64,000 bases of DNA from Malacoraja senta (lineage: Eukaryota). Position 1 is the first letter of the stretch. The number at the start of each line of letters is the position of its first letter. Both the position numbers and the translations under genes were made by a program. The stretch spans positions 124,001-188,000 of the forward strand of contig JAXLNO010005352.1 in assembly GCA_038087875.1 (NCBI GenBank), in the 5' to 3' direction. Below, piece by piece: positions 25,310 through 37,247 of this stretch. Below the pieces are notes generated by a model. It made no database searches. It saw nothing but the letters and a program-made list of their open reading frames with translations, and was not told where the DNA came from.

Positions 25310-27215
25310 GGAAGGCTTTGACAGAATGGTTCAGACAAGCAATAGTAGTAACAAACACAGTGGCCAGGGTGTGCTGGTGATGGAGAGGGTGAACATTTTA
25401 GCTGATGGGTGGATTGCTGAGCTATAAGGCTGCCTTGTCCTGAATGGGTGTCTATCTCCTGTACATTGCTAGATCCGTACTCTTCCAGTCAAATGGCAAG
25501 TATTCCAACATGCTCCCGATTTGTGCCTTGTACATGGGGGAAAGACTTGAGTGCCAGGAAGCAAGCAAACTACAGGATACCCAACCTCTTATGTTTTCTT
25601 GTAGCCACAGCACTGTGGCTGGTCCAGATGACTTGGGAGTCAATAATGCTTCTGGAAATGTTGATGGCAAGGGATTCAGCATTGTATATAGGCAATGCTG
25701 TTGAATGGTCAGATTCACTCGTTGATGACTATCACAGCCTGGCCTTTTCTGTATTTATGCTACCAGTCACTTATCAGTTCATGCTCGAACACTGGCCGAG
25801 TCTTGCAGCATGCAGGATCAGACTGCTTCACTTTCAGAGGAATCCCAAATGGAATAGAATGGTACATAAACATTCCCACTTCTGATGCGTGTTTGGACAG
25901 AAGGTCATTGATGCAGTTGACACTAGCTCCGATTTGGATGAGGCTGCCCTGAAAAATGCTCCTCGTGTGATGTAAAGGAGATGCAATAATTGACCAACAA
26001 GCCAACACTGCACAAGAGGAAAATGACTTCAATCTATGGTTTTTTTTCCTCTTTTGATGCCTTTGATGACACACTCAGCCAATGCTTCCTTGCTGTCACT
26101 TTCACTTCACTGGTGGAATTCAATCGTTCAGCTCACTTCTGCACCTCGACTATAGAGGTCATCAGCCGAACGGTTCTGGCAAAATTGAGATTGGGCATCA
26201 ATGGTCAGATTATTAATGAGTAAATGTTGCTTGAGAGCTCTGTCAATGACACTGTCCACCAATTGATTAATGAATGAGAGTAGACCAAGTAGACACGATT
26301 AGTCGGATTGGATTTGTTCCCTTTGTACTCACGAGGGAATTAAAAAAACCCATAGTTAGGCAGATAGAGTTATAACTGTACTGACTGAAAAAGACTTGGC
26401 TAGAGGCATGCATGCGTAGTTCTAAAGTGTAGTTCTCCATTCGTGCAGTGGGTTTGTTGTCTGGTCCCAAAGCTTTTTTTGTCTCCAATATTCTCACTTC
26501 TTCTGGATACACATGGTTAAAAAGATACGATGAACATGGTTACCAACCTTCTGCCTCATTTCAGGTAGTCAGATACTGTGTCTCACCATCACTGAGGATT
26601 GGGATCTTCTTGGAGCCGCCTCCTCCTCCTCTCACTGTTCAACTGTCTACCAGCATTCACTATGAGATGTGGCCCGACTGCAGAATGTCGATCTGATCTT
26701 CCGGTGAATTCCTTAGTTCTGCACATTGCATATAGTTTTCATTGGACGATCCAGATCGAGGCAATGGCGACAATGGGCCTTTATGGCCAATTGCAGTTTG
26801 GACTTGAAAACGGGGCAAAACCTGGCGACTCTTGGAAAAGTCTCAGTGGGCTATTTTTATACTTGTTGTACTTAATCTGGGATTATATTTACGTAAAATA
26901 ATTATAATGTAATAATAAATAATAATAATAAATGCGCAAAAAATGCCACTGTGCCCCAGTATATGTAATAATAAAGAACCACTGAACCAATTATAGTCCC
27001 ATGCGGCAGGTTTGCCAAAAACAATCCCCACATCACAGATTTTAAGTACACTTGGTTCGTATCCAAGCATGCCCTTCTGTGCTCCCCATGGAGCAGGTGC
27101 TGCTGCCCCCAGCCTAATGGGAATATGTGATGTGCTGCGCCATGAGGTTACAGGTTGAGATGATGGACATTTTTACTGCTGTTGATGGTCCTCATTGTCC
27201 CATGGATGCCCAGTT
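25310..27215 (-). mobile_element. Highly decayed LINE (CR1-like) fragments
   Basis: Patchy similarity to CR1 ORF2 (e.g. KALGPDNKP..., TNPIRLIVS in ORF 26267-26512); boundaries approximate. Confidence 0.5.
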
Positions 27216-27929
27216 ATTGTATAAAGGCTGTTTCACAGGGCTCTCGCTTAACTTTTTTTCCCCTGTTGCCAGCCGGGCAACCTTGGCAGCTTTTTAGGTT
27301 GCCAAATGACAGTTTAGGTGGTCATTTAAGATGGCTTGCATGACGCGTGCCATAATGTGCTCGGACGAAGTGCGTAGTTACCAGTCAGAATTATACTCAA
27401 TGAAGCATTCACATATTATTTCTGCTTCAAAAAAAGTCACAAACTAAACATATTCACCAATCAAGACATGATATATCCCACAATGACATGCAGCAAAATT
27501 ATAAGACAGTATCTCAACTCTTTTTACACATTGCAATTAATGCAATTTCTATTAGTTCTTTCCACTTCCACTTCCAAACAAAAATGTGTTTGGATTATTC
27601 CAGCGTATGATCAACCTGTGTCAATAAATCCTGGACCATGGTAACATATATGCGTACATATAGTTATGAATGTTGCTCATTAAATAACTACAGTACTGAT
27701 ACTCCATATTAAGAGCATTGATTTGCCGTTAAAATGAATTCTGTAATAACGTGTCAACGGCAGCAGTGACAATCGAACACTGCGGTTTTAATGTTTCACG
27801 TGTTCACAATTTAATTAATCCATCTTTATGGATTAAAACAAATAATAACATTGGGAATTAAAACACATTTGATTGCATTCCATTATCAAACATATTCAAT
27901 GTTCGCTCTGAAGACATTTCCAGCACAAT

Positions 27930-28680
27930 AGGGTCAGGGAGGGGTGTGTGTGAATCAGTGCGGGGTGGATAGATGGCGGGGGTGGGGGGGGAGTTAGAAG
28001 GCAGTCGGTGCAAAATGGATGGATTGAGGCAGGTGAATTAGTACGTGTTGGTTTGAGTAGGTAAAATTGTGAGGGGAGAGCACCGGGGATGTCAGTGGTG
28101 TTGAATGGGGGGGGTTCAGTACGGGATGGATGGGGGTAGACAAAAGTGCTGGAGAAACTCAGCGGGTGAGGCAGCATCTATGGAGCGAAGGAAATAGGCA
28201 ACGTTTCGGGTCGACACCCTTCTTCAGACTGTTCCCCCCATTCTTCTTGAATGGGAGGATCAGTACAGGATGGATGGGGGGGGGGGAGATCAGCGCAGGA
28301 TGAATGGGGGGGGTCAGTACAGTGTGGATGAGAGGGTCTGTGCAGGATGAATGAGGGGAAGGGGGAAGGTGCAGGGTAAATGGAGGGTGGGTCAGTACGG
28401 GATGAATGCGTGGATTAGTACAGGATGGATGGGGGATCAGTACAGGATGGATGGAGGAGAAGTGCAGGATGGATGGAAAAGGGGTAAGTACAGGGTGAAT
28501 TGGGGAACGAGTGTAGGATGGATGGGGGGGGGGTGGCAGGAGAATCAATGCGAGGTGGATAGGGTGATCAGCGCAGGACGAATAGATGGGGGGGGGAGCA
28601 CTGTGGATGTCAGTGAGGACTGAATAGAGGCGGGAATGGAGTGGAGGGGTCCCAGGATTAAGGGGGGGGTGGAGGGGGCA
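27930..28680. repeat. G-rich degenerate minisatellite (gatcagtacaggatggatggggg-like unit)
   Basis: Repeated cagtac(a/g)ggatg(g/a)atgggg motifs inside the hAT-like element. Confidence 0.7.
28137..28231 (-). mobile_element. Solo Penelope-derived unit with the best-preserved hammerhead-like core
   Basis: Minus strand reads CAGT-CTGAAGA-A-GGGT-GTCG-ACCC-GAAAC-GTT-GCCT. Confidence 0.8.
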
Positions 28681-28681
28681 T

Positions 28682-28684
<3 letters not shown>

Positions 28685-28724
<40 letters not shown>
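28685..28724. repeat. (AG)20 microsatellite
   Basis: Perfect AG run. Confidence 0.95.
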
Positions 28725-28730
<6 letters not shown>

Positions 28731-28861
28731 GGGGAGCGAGGTGGGGAGGAAGGAAGGTCAGCGCTCCTCGGACAACATCGCCCCGCTGTCTTGGCCGTTG
28801 GGAACTCCTCGCCACCGCCTCCCTCCTCCGCCAGCAAGGTGTAGGGCCGAGCGGTGCAGCT

Positions 28862-28889
28862 CAAAGATCCTATAGTTATAGGATCTTTG
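28862..28889. mobile_element. 28-bp TIR-only mini-element with 8-bp TSD (hAT-like)
   Basis: caaagatcctata-gt-tataggatctttg flanked by gtgcagct at 28854-28861 and 28890-28897. Confidence 0.8.
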
Positions 28890-30364
28890 GTGCAGCTGCT
28901 TCGGACGCGACGTTTCATGTCAGCGGCTGTTGTGCCTCCCCCTCCGACAGCGGCTCCATCTATCCTCCTCCCGCACCCCGCCCGCCCTGATAAGGGCCTC
29001 TGCTTGTAAACCCGTTAACGGCGCTTTCAAACAAACTCTCCCGCACTCCGAGGCCTCCCCCTCCCTCCCTCCTCCCGGTCTCGGAGTGCGCTTTGAGTGG
29101 TCAGTGGCACCCGGGCAACCGCTAATTTCGAGCCCTGTTTCAACAGTTCTGAATTCTGATTCTTCATAGAAAAAAAGAGCAGATATCACCACCCTTTAAG
29201 TAAACAAGAAAAAACAACTTCAATGTCTATTAAAAAAGCAAAGAAGTCATTGCAATCCATTCGAATTGAAGATACACATAAAATGGCATATTTCAATTTT
29301 TTACAGCATCCATACTATGCTGTATTGTTGTACCTATTAACCACCATCAGAACAGCTTTTGTGCACACAGTTTGATGGATGCGACCCACAGCTAAATGTT
29401 TACAGAACTAAGTAGCTTTAAGCAGGATGTCGATAAGAATAAGTGTCTCCCAAGCTATCCAAGCAAAGACAAACACCAAGGCCAAACTCAAATATAGGTT
29501 ACATGACTTATGGATCACTTTGGGCTCTCGTTTATCAAACAGGTAAAAAGAAAATCTGTTTGAAAATTGTTATTTATGAAACACTTCCCTATTGGCTTAC
29601 GCAAGCTGAACTTTAAAAGCATCTATAAGAAAATTCAATATTAGCTCTTTTGTTACTGAAATGCCAAATAAGCTGCACTTGGGTTGAGCGGGGGAATAGA
29701 GGAGTTGTTGAAAGAATAAGTACGTATGCTAAATAATTTAGCTAAATAACATATGCTAAATAACTTGCTAACATTGTATAAATAATGTACAAGGCAAAGT
29801 TAATACAAATCATTTCCATTTAATAGAAAAAATGTTTTTCTTGCTTTATGGTACACCCATCTATACAAATATTCTTTGTTATAATAATACCTCTCTGCTG
29901 ATTGATAAAGTCCAGTTCCTATTTTCACATCACAATGTAATCCTTTTTACAAGATTTTCTATGTCACTAATTAGCTGAGCATTAAAAAATATATCAGCAA
30001 TACAAGTCATTTTTGTATACATCTCTCCCCTCTCATACCAATGAAAAGAATTTGCTAGCAGATTCTCAAATATTTTTTCAGCGTTTCATGCATAAAGGTA
30101 CATAATCCTTTGCCCACCACAATGCATTTTGTCATCGAATATTCCTCCTTTACACATTTTAGGGCAACATTCCAATGAATCAAATAATTTTAATATGGTT
30201 TGGCAATGCTGGGTCCTCCAGCTCTACAGAATAAAATGTTCAGGCTATTATAACTACTTTTTTTTTATCATCTATCATTAGGCCAGGAGGTACACAAGCC
30301 TGAAGTTCCACAACACCAGGTTCTGGGACTGCTACTTTCCTCAAACTATCAGGTTCTTGAACCA

Positions 30365-30586
30365 AAGATAGACACAAAATGCTGGAGTAACAGCAGGTCA
30401 GGCAGCATCTCTGGAGTAAAGGAATAGGTGGCATTTCGGGTCGAGACCCTTGGTCAGCTGCAGCAGGGTCTCAATCCGAAACATCACCTATTCCTTTTCT
30501 CCAGAGTTGCTGCCTGACCCGCTGAGTTACTCCAGCATTTTGTGTCTATCTTCGTAGTAAATCAGCATCTGTAGCCCCTTCCTACA
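30365..30586. mobile_element. Palindromic Penelope-derived unit
   Basis: Inverted arms agacacaaaatgctggagtaac...gttactccagcattttgtgtct; 15-bp TSD caggttcttgaacca at 30350-30364 and 30587-30601. Confidence 0.88.
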
Positions 30587-33500
30587 CAGGTTCTTGAACC
30601 ATCTGCACAACCCCAATCACACATTGGCTATGAGATACTAAAAGACCACCTCTTTCACTGCCATGGATTTGTTTTTGTGTTTTGCACCAATCTCTTGTGG
30701 GGGGTTTTCACCCCCCATAGTTTTTCCATTAGTTTAATTGTAGCTAGTTTTAGAGAAAACATTGAAGTAGTCAATGAACTAATTATAGACAAGTGTCAAC
30801 CGAGCGATATGATATGGGAAGTTACATAGTCTAAAGAATATATACTATTCAACAATATGGGGCAGCTTTATTCTGATAGTGGTTTCCTGGTCCTAATTCC
30901 ATTCAAATGATTTTTTAAAATCTGGTTTGTGGGTGTATCTTTGGGTGGGCTTGTAGAAATCTACTGCATTAATATCAATTAAAAAATCCTCTTATCATGC
31001 ATTAAAGAACAGATTGTCAGGAGCTATATATACACACCCAGGGACATTTTATATCATTAAATATACAGTAGCTCAAAATACAGCGTTGCTACAGGGCAAA
31101 CGAAAACTATGCTATGCACAACCCAACCTACTCTAAAGTCCCTCTTGACAATCACTTCTATGTTCACTGACCTGCACTGACTTAAAGATGGGGGGGGGAG
31201 GGGGGGGAATTGGTTTATGGAAACGGCGTAACACATAGATCGCCTGTATTGCATTAACACTGATACATAATCAAGTTGATTCATTAAGGAAACTCTAGTG
31301 CTATCATATCAATAATGCATATTGCAATTGATCAATAACCACCACCACTCCCTGAAGCAAATCGTTTAATTTCATACTGCAGTTAAGCATTGTTCTGACT
31401 CCATGATAATTTAGGACCGATGGTGGAATATTATTTAAGTAAGCAGCAGCTTGAAAGGCAAAGCTGAACATATTGGCAAAGCCACAATCATTCAAGTGAC
31501 AGTTTGGAATGCTGCCAAAAATTTCACTGACCCAAACCTCTGGTAATAACCTCTATAATGGATTTCATTTCCAAGACATAACCCTTCAATCAACACAGTA
31601 ATCCACTTTGTGGTTTACAAATCAAAACAGTTAAAACACAGTCGTTACTTCCTACAGCTGTCAAAATCTATTACTGTGCTATTTAGTTCTTTTCAGGATT
31701 CTCTCCCTGTTACCCGTCCTTACAGAGGAGGGAACAAAATTGCACATGTAGAAAGGGGATTCGGTTTCACTCGATCACTTTTACACAAATTGACATCAAT
31801 TTCCAGAAAACCATTCACAAAAGGAAGTAAAACTCAAAAGGTGTAGCAATGCACTTGCTTTTGATACGTATAACTGAAGCTGACAATTTCTTAAACTGAA
31901 CCTCCCTACTCTCAGAAGCAGAATAGGCATGATACATTATGACAAAAAAAAAGTTTAAAAACTGCATTTTAACAGTGGCAATTTGATAAAATAGAACTTT
32001 TGTTCCCCTGATTTAACAAATGCATCTTTCCATAAAATCTTTAAACGTTCAAACAAATTTTCTTTTCTAGTTTTAAATTTCATATTACGATCTGTGGAGG
32101 TCTTATTGTACCAAACGATACAATCAGTCCAAGGCATCCCCTGGTGTGGTCTTATTTTGTATTTCTGACATAAGCAGTATTTGGGTTTTCCGTCACCAGA
32201 CTCTCCTTGAAAAGTTAACACGGTTTCAAAGCAGAGACACTGCAACATAAAGGGACACTCACATCCTTTATTTTTAACACTACTGATCCCTTAAATTAAG
32301 CCAGTTCAAATCCAAGGCAAAATTACTATCAACATCTTGCACTTTTCTGCATCTTCCAAAAGTTTGTGTAAATATCCGAGTTTTGAATTCTAAATGAGCA
32401 AGTCAAATGTCTTAAGTTCAGGGTTGTTATTGAATTATAATTTCCTCTGACATATACCAAACATTGATGTAGAGCATTGACGTACTTATATTTTACTCAA
32501 AAAAAATGTAGAACCTTCCTCAATGTTGAATATAACTACACTGTTTTAGACAGCAGTTAATCTTCCTTGCATTGAAATTACATAATAGCTGCCTACAATT
32601 TTGTTGTCTATAATGCTTAGAACATTTTTTTTATGATTATGAATATTCATTTATGATAGGTAGATTATCTCTAGGTAGTTTTCCACAAACATTGCTTCCA
32701 CAAATGATTACCTCAATAGATTAGATGATCATCTTGTCAATTGTTTAGTTTCAAATTGGATGTATAACAAGAAAGGGCACCCTTCTATATGTCTCATCTA
32801 GTATTACATCATTAAAAGGGTAGTTTGCATCTGTTCAATTGAAACAAGCAAATTTTCTCGCAAATGATTGCATATAGACTTGTTGCTACAGGCAATCCAA
32901 CCACTCTTGAAAAGCAAAATGGCAGATTAATGGCTTTCACCACGGATATTAGCAAGTAAATGTATACCCTTCATCACGAGCGGCTGCAACACAAAGCTAC
33001 CCACAGATCGGTTAGTGCCTCTTTCATTGTTCATCAGATCAGCCCATCTTTAGAAGCTTTATCTTTTATCCTTCAACAGGACCAATATCTTTGAATTTTT
33101 CTACTGTGGTTCCCCACTATCCAGTAGCACCGGTCGGATTAGCAAGCAGTCAGCTCAGTGGCTTTAAAATGGTGATTAAAAACCCATAGACAAGGGGGTC
33201 CAGAGAAAATATCTGCTCATCCGATCTGAGACATTCTCCGTTCTGTTCTCGAGCTGAGTTGAATAGTATCTGTGCTAACTTAGGCTAAGTGAAATATCTA
33301 AAGTATTCAACAGTGTTTGTATTTTGAAGCCATGCACCAACGTTTATCTGTTCATGGGATACATGTGTGAAATGGAAGGAGGAAGCAAGTGAAAGGGAAG
33401 CCAAGCAAGGAGGGGATTAAAGCAGCTTTGGAATTTCACATGCATGAAAAGGTACACTAATTCTATTTTATCTAGTCTGATTGTTCAGCTGTGGCAGTTC

Positions 33501-34371
33501 AATTCAAAAAAGCCCTCTGCATCTGAAAACATTTTGTAACTGTTCCGACCAAGGAGCACTTAGAAATGCAAGAACTTCCTGTCAACGGAACAATTACTCA
33601 CAAGGATTCTCAAATAAGAGGGGAGCAGAAACAGCAAAACCTGCAGATCACACACGAATTTGAAACTTTTGCAGAAAACCAATTAACAAATGGAGTTAAC
33701 TCTGCATTCATATCTCCATATTTATCTATTCTCATTTGAATATGCCATGTCTTTTTTCCCAAAATGGTAATATCAAAATCTATTTTTCTTCAGTTTTATT
33801 TTTCTTCCATTTGTTACTTTGTTGTAACTTTACCTCCAACGTCTGCCCATTGTTCCAATTTCCTATATTGCCATCACTTTAATTCTCCATCTGCCATCAC
33901 ATTTTCAGTGAATGCACAACTTACCTCCACACGTAGAAATAAAATATATATTTGCCAACTTATTTTTAAAAACTATGCAATTTCAAGCTATTTATAAATA
34001 TTAGATTTAAGACACTGCATTACTATGTGCAAGATAGGAAATAGGGAGTGAAATTAATTGATATCAACAGCACAACACAATCCAACATCAGACCAGTGGT
34101 TTACCCGATGCTGGAGGCTTTGTCAATATTGCTCTTATATTCTTGACAGGGTCCAGTTTCATGCCTATAAATTTTCACCATCATAAGCTACACTTATTCA
34201 GCTCAGCTGATCGAGCCACATCATATCCATGCCAGACACCCAGCTCCAAAGTTGAAGCCACTGAATCAGGCTTAGCCTTGGCAAGACATTGGCCAGTTAA
34301 CATTAAAAAATGCTCTTAAAACCTGCTTGAGGAAATCCCCACCTGATTTTAAGAATCCCTAGCCAAAAGTA

Positions 34372-34995
34372 TGCCTGGATAGAGTGGATATGGAGAGAAT
34401 GTTTCCAGTAGTGGGAGAGTCTTGGACCAGAGGTCATAGCCTCAGAATTAAAGGAAGTTCCTTTAGGAAGGAGATAAAGAGAAATGTCTTCAGTCGGAGG
34501 GTGGTAAAAGCCCTGTCCCACTGTACGAGTTCATTCAAGTGCTCTCCCGAGTTTAAAAAAAAATCAAACTCGTGGTAACCACGTAGAATGAATGTAGCGG
34601 GTACGTCGCAGCTCGGGGACGTCTCTTAGCGGCTCGTAACGCTAACGGCAGGTACTCAGGAACCGCGGTAAGCTCGGGAAGACTCGTGAAGATTTTTCAA
34701 CATGTTGAAAAATGTCCACGAGAGCCCCGAGTACCTACGAACGGCCATTACCGTAAATCTCCGAGTTCGAATCAGGGCAAACTCGGGAGAACTCTTGAAT
34801 GAACTCGTACAGTGGGACAGGGCTTTGAATCTGTGGAGACCGTCAATGGATATTTTTAAGGCAGAGTTAGATAGATTCTTTATTCTTCAGGAGAATGGGG
34901 TTAAGAAGGAAAGATAGATCAATCACGATTGACTGGCAGAGTACACTTGATGGGCCGAATGGCCTAATTCTGCTCCTATCACATGAGCTTATGAC
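34372..34995 (+). mobile_element. CR1-type LINE 3' end interrupted by a MITE
   Basis: MERMFPVVGESWTRGHSLRIKG...FSRRVV resumes as NLW after the insertion. Confidence 0.85.
34508..34825. mobile_element. PIF/Harbinger-like MITE
   Basis: TIRs AAGCCCTGTCCCACTGTACGAGTTCATTCAAG and its reverse complement; flanks taa/tga. Confidence 0.88.
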
Positions 34996-35439
34996 TGCTT
35001 AAAGTGGAGAAAGAACAGTCACAATTGAATTGTGCACCAGCAGGTTCCTGCTTCAGGAATGTAGAAGAAGCGCACTGTAACCAGAAGAAACGTATCATCT
35101 CCTAAAATAACCATCTGATCACCGAGCATCCCCTGTAGCAAAGTCTGTGGATCTCACAAAGGCCTCAGCAATCATAGCGTCAGGATGCTTAATGTTGCCC
35201 ATGGAACACGTGGAGAAAAAGGTTCAGATGTGATTATCTAAGCTAATTGGGGCAGTAGAGGCTGGTTAACTTTTATTGGGAGGAGAAGCCAATCGAAGAT
35301 GAACATGGGCGTGCAGGAGGGAGAAACTATGCTGTAATTGTGAGACAAAACATTGCAGGCAACCTCCTTCGCTGTGCACCACACCCACCAACTTTGGTGT
35401 CATTCTCAAGGGGTACAAGGATGGAGGGGATGGTTGACA

Positions 35440-35842
35440 AGTGGGGGTTGATGTTTATCTTGCTTTACTATTGTTTACTTATGTTTGGGTACTTCAGATA
35501 TGAAGATTGTATGTACATAATAGTTGTATGTATATATATGTCTGTAGGTATTATGGGAAATTGCCTAGGGTAGTATTATTATTAGTAATGAATTGATTTT
35601 TAAATATGATAGAAGTGTTGGGGAAAAGGGGTGAGATTTAATAAGTTATTCTTCTTCTCACTCCTTTTCGAGCTTGTACAGACACAGAGTTGGACATTGG
35701 AACTTTGATTTTGTTCTTCTCATTGCTTTGTAAATATTGATTGTAATGTCCAATTGTTGGATAATTTCGATTTTGTTAATATTAATGTCTTTAATGTCTT
35801 TACTTGTTCGGAATAAATAAATAAATAAATAAATAAATAAAT
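35440..35842 (+). mobile_element. Probable L2-clade LINE 3' UTR with (AAAT)n tail
   Basis: ataagttattcttcttctcactccttttcgag stem-loop region, ending in (aaat)n at 35812-35842. Confidence 0.5.
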
Positions 35843-36435
35843 CTGCAGACTTAGGAATCATGCCATCTACATTCTCAACAAATCATTGATATCACAAACA
35901 GGAGGACTCAGCAGCAATCCCTGCAATACACCACTGGTTATAGAGGTCTCCACTACCACATTCTGCCACTCCTGGTTACCATACGCGTTAACCTTCCAGA
36001 CGATCCTACCATGCAGAACCTTGTCAAAGGCCTCACTAAATTCCATATAGCAAATGTCTGACGTGCTGCCCTCCAGCTTGTTGGTCATTTCAAAACTCAA
36101 GATTGAGGCACAATTTTTCCCCACGCACAGAACCATGCCCACCATCCCCAATCAGTCCTCACACTTCCAAAGGAGAATAAATCCAATCTTTCAGAATCCT
36201 ACCCAACAGCTTTCGCACCACTGATGCCGAGCTCACCAGCCTGTGGTTCCTGGTTTGTCCCTGCCACTCTCCTTCAATGAAAGGCACAACATTAGCTACT
36301 CTCCAGTCTCCTGGAACCTCCCCTGCAGCAAACAAAAATACAAAGATCTCTACCAGAGCCCCGCAATCTCCTTCTTTGTTTCTCACATCATCGTAGGATG
36401 CACCTGGTCAGGTCTCTGGGATTTATCCCCCTTTA

Positions 36436-36635
36436 TGAATGAATAAATAAGTTTATTGGCTAAGTATATACACATACAAGGAATTTGCCTTGGTGCTCCG
36501 CTCGCCAGTAACAACATGACAGTGACAATTAAGAATGACACATAAAACATTAATAATAAAACATTATCATTTAAACATGTGAATGAAATAAAATACCAGA
36601 GCAAAAGGAGGCCACAGATTTTTGGTTATTGAGTC
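36436..36635 (-). mobile_element. LINE 3' UTR fragment nested in CR1
   Basis: Reverse strand ends aataaacttatttattcattc and interrupts the CR1 homology. Confidence 0.5.
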
Positions 36636-37158
36636 GAGTTGGTTTCAAGACCTCCAATACCTTCCGCTTCGTAATGTTGATGTCCTTCAGGATGTATATC
36701 ACTGTTCCTTCCCCTGAACTCACCAGCTTCAATCCCTTTCTCCAGTGAATATAAATAGCTATTCATAAAAATCCATTTGCCCTGGCTCCACACATAGAAC
36801 AACACACTGATCCTTAAAGGGATCTACTCCGTCCCTAGCTATTTTTCTAAACTCTGAATACCTTTAGGATTCTCCTTAATTTGCCAGAATTTTATCAAGA
36901 CCTTTTTTGCCCTCCTAATTTTTTCCTTAAGTGTACCCCTACTTCTCTTGTACTCCTCAGGGAACTCACTTGATCACAGCGGCTTATATCTGGACCTGGA
37001 ATATGCTTACACTGAATTATTTGCGTCTCATTTTTAAAAGCCTCTCACTTGCCAGATCTCCAGTGACCTGGCCTCTCCCAGTCAACACTTTGAAGTTCCT
37101 GTCTGATGCCATCACAGTTAGCCTCCCCAATTTGTGGACCAGTCCCATCTTTTTCCAT

Positions 37159-37247
37159 AAGGTAGACACAAAATGCTGGAGTAACTCAGTGGGTCGGGCA
37201 GCATATCTGGAGAAAAAGAATAGGTGACATTTCGGGTCGGAACCCTT
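37159..37247 (-). mobile_element. Solo Penelope-derived unit
   Basis: agacacaaaatgctggagtaactcag...tttcgggtcggaacccttc; imperfect 10-bp duplication ctttttccat / cttttttcat. Confidence 0.8.

Larger units (their letters stand above)
27236..29137. mobile_element. Non-autonomous hAT-like (possibly hAT5-type) DNA transposon, 1.9 kb
   Basis: Termini CAGGGCTC...GAGCCCTG, subterminal ccgggcaacc near both ends, flanked by tttca at 27231-27235 and 29138-29142. Confidence 0.75.

Noticed and set aside
28159-28815. 218-aa Pro/His-rich ORF
   Set aside because: Translation of the minisatellite and (CT)n, running into a Penelope unit.
28735-29130. CpG island as PRTG promoter or first exon
   Set aside because: It lies within the hAT-like element's terminal region and shows no signal-peptide exon. 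Promoter activity is not excluded but is unsupported.
29724-29770. Short tandem gctaaataa repeats (similar small duplications at 14885-14927 and 53066-53100)
   Set aside because: Ordinary slippage duplications with no evidence of function.
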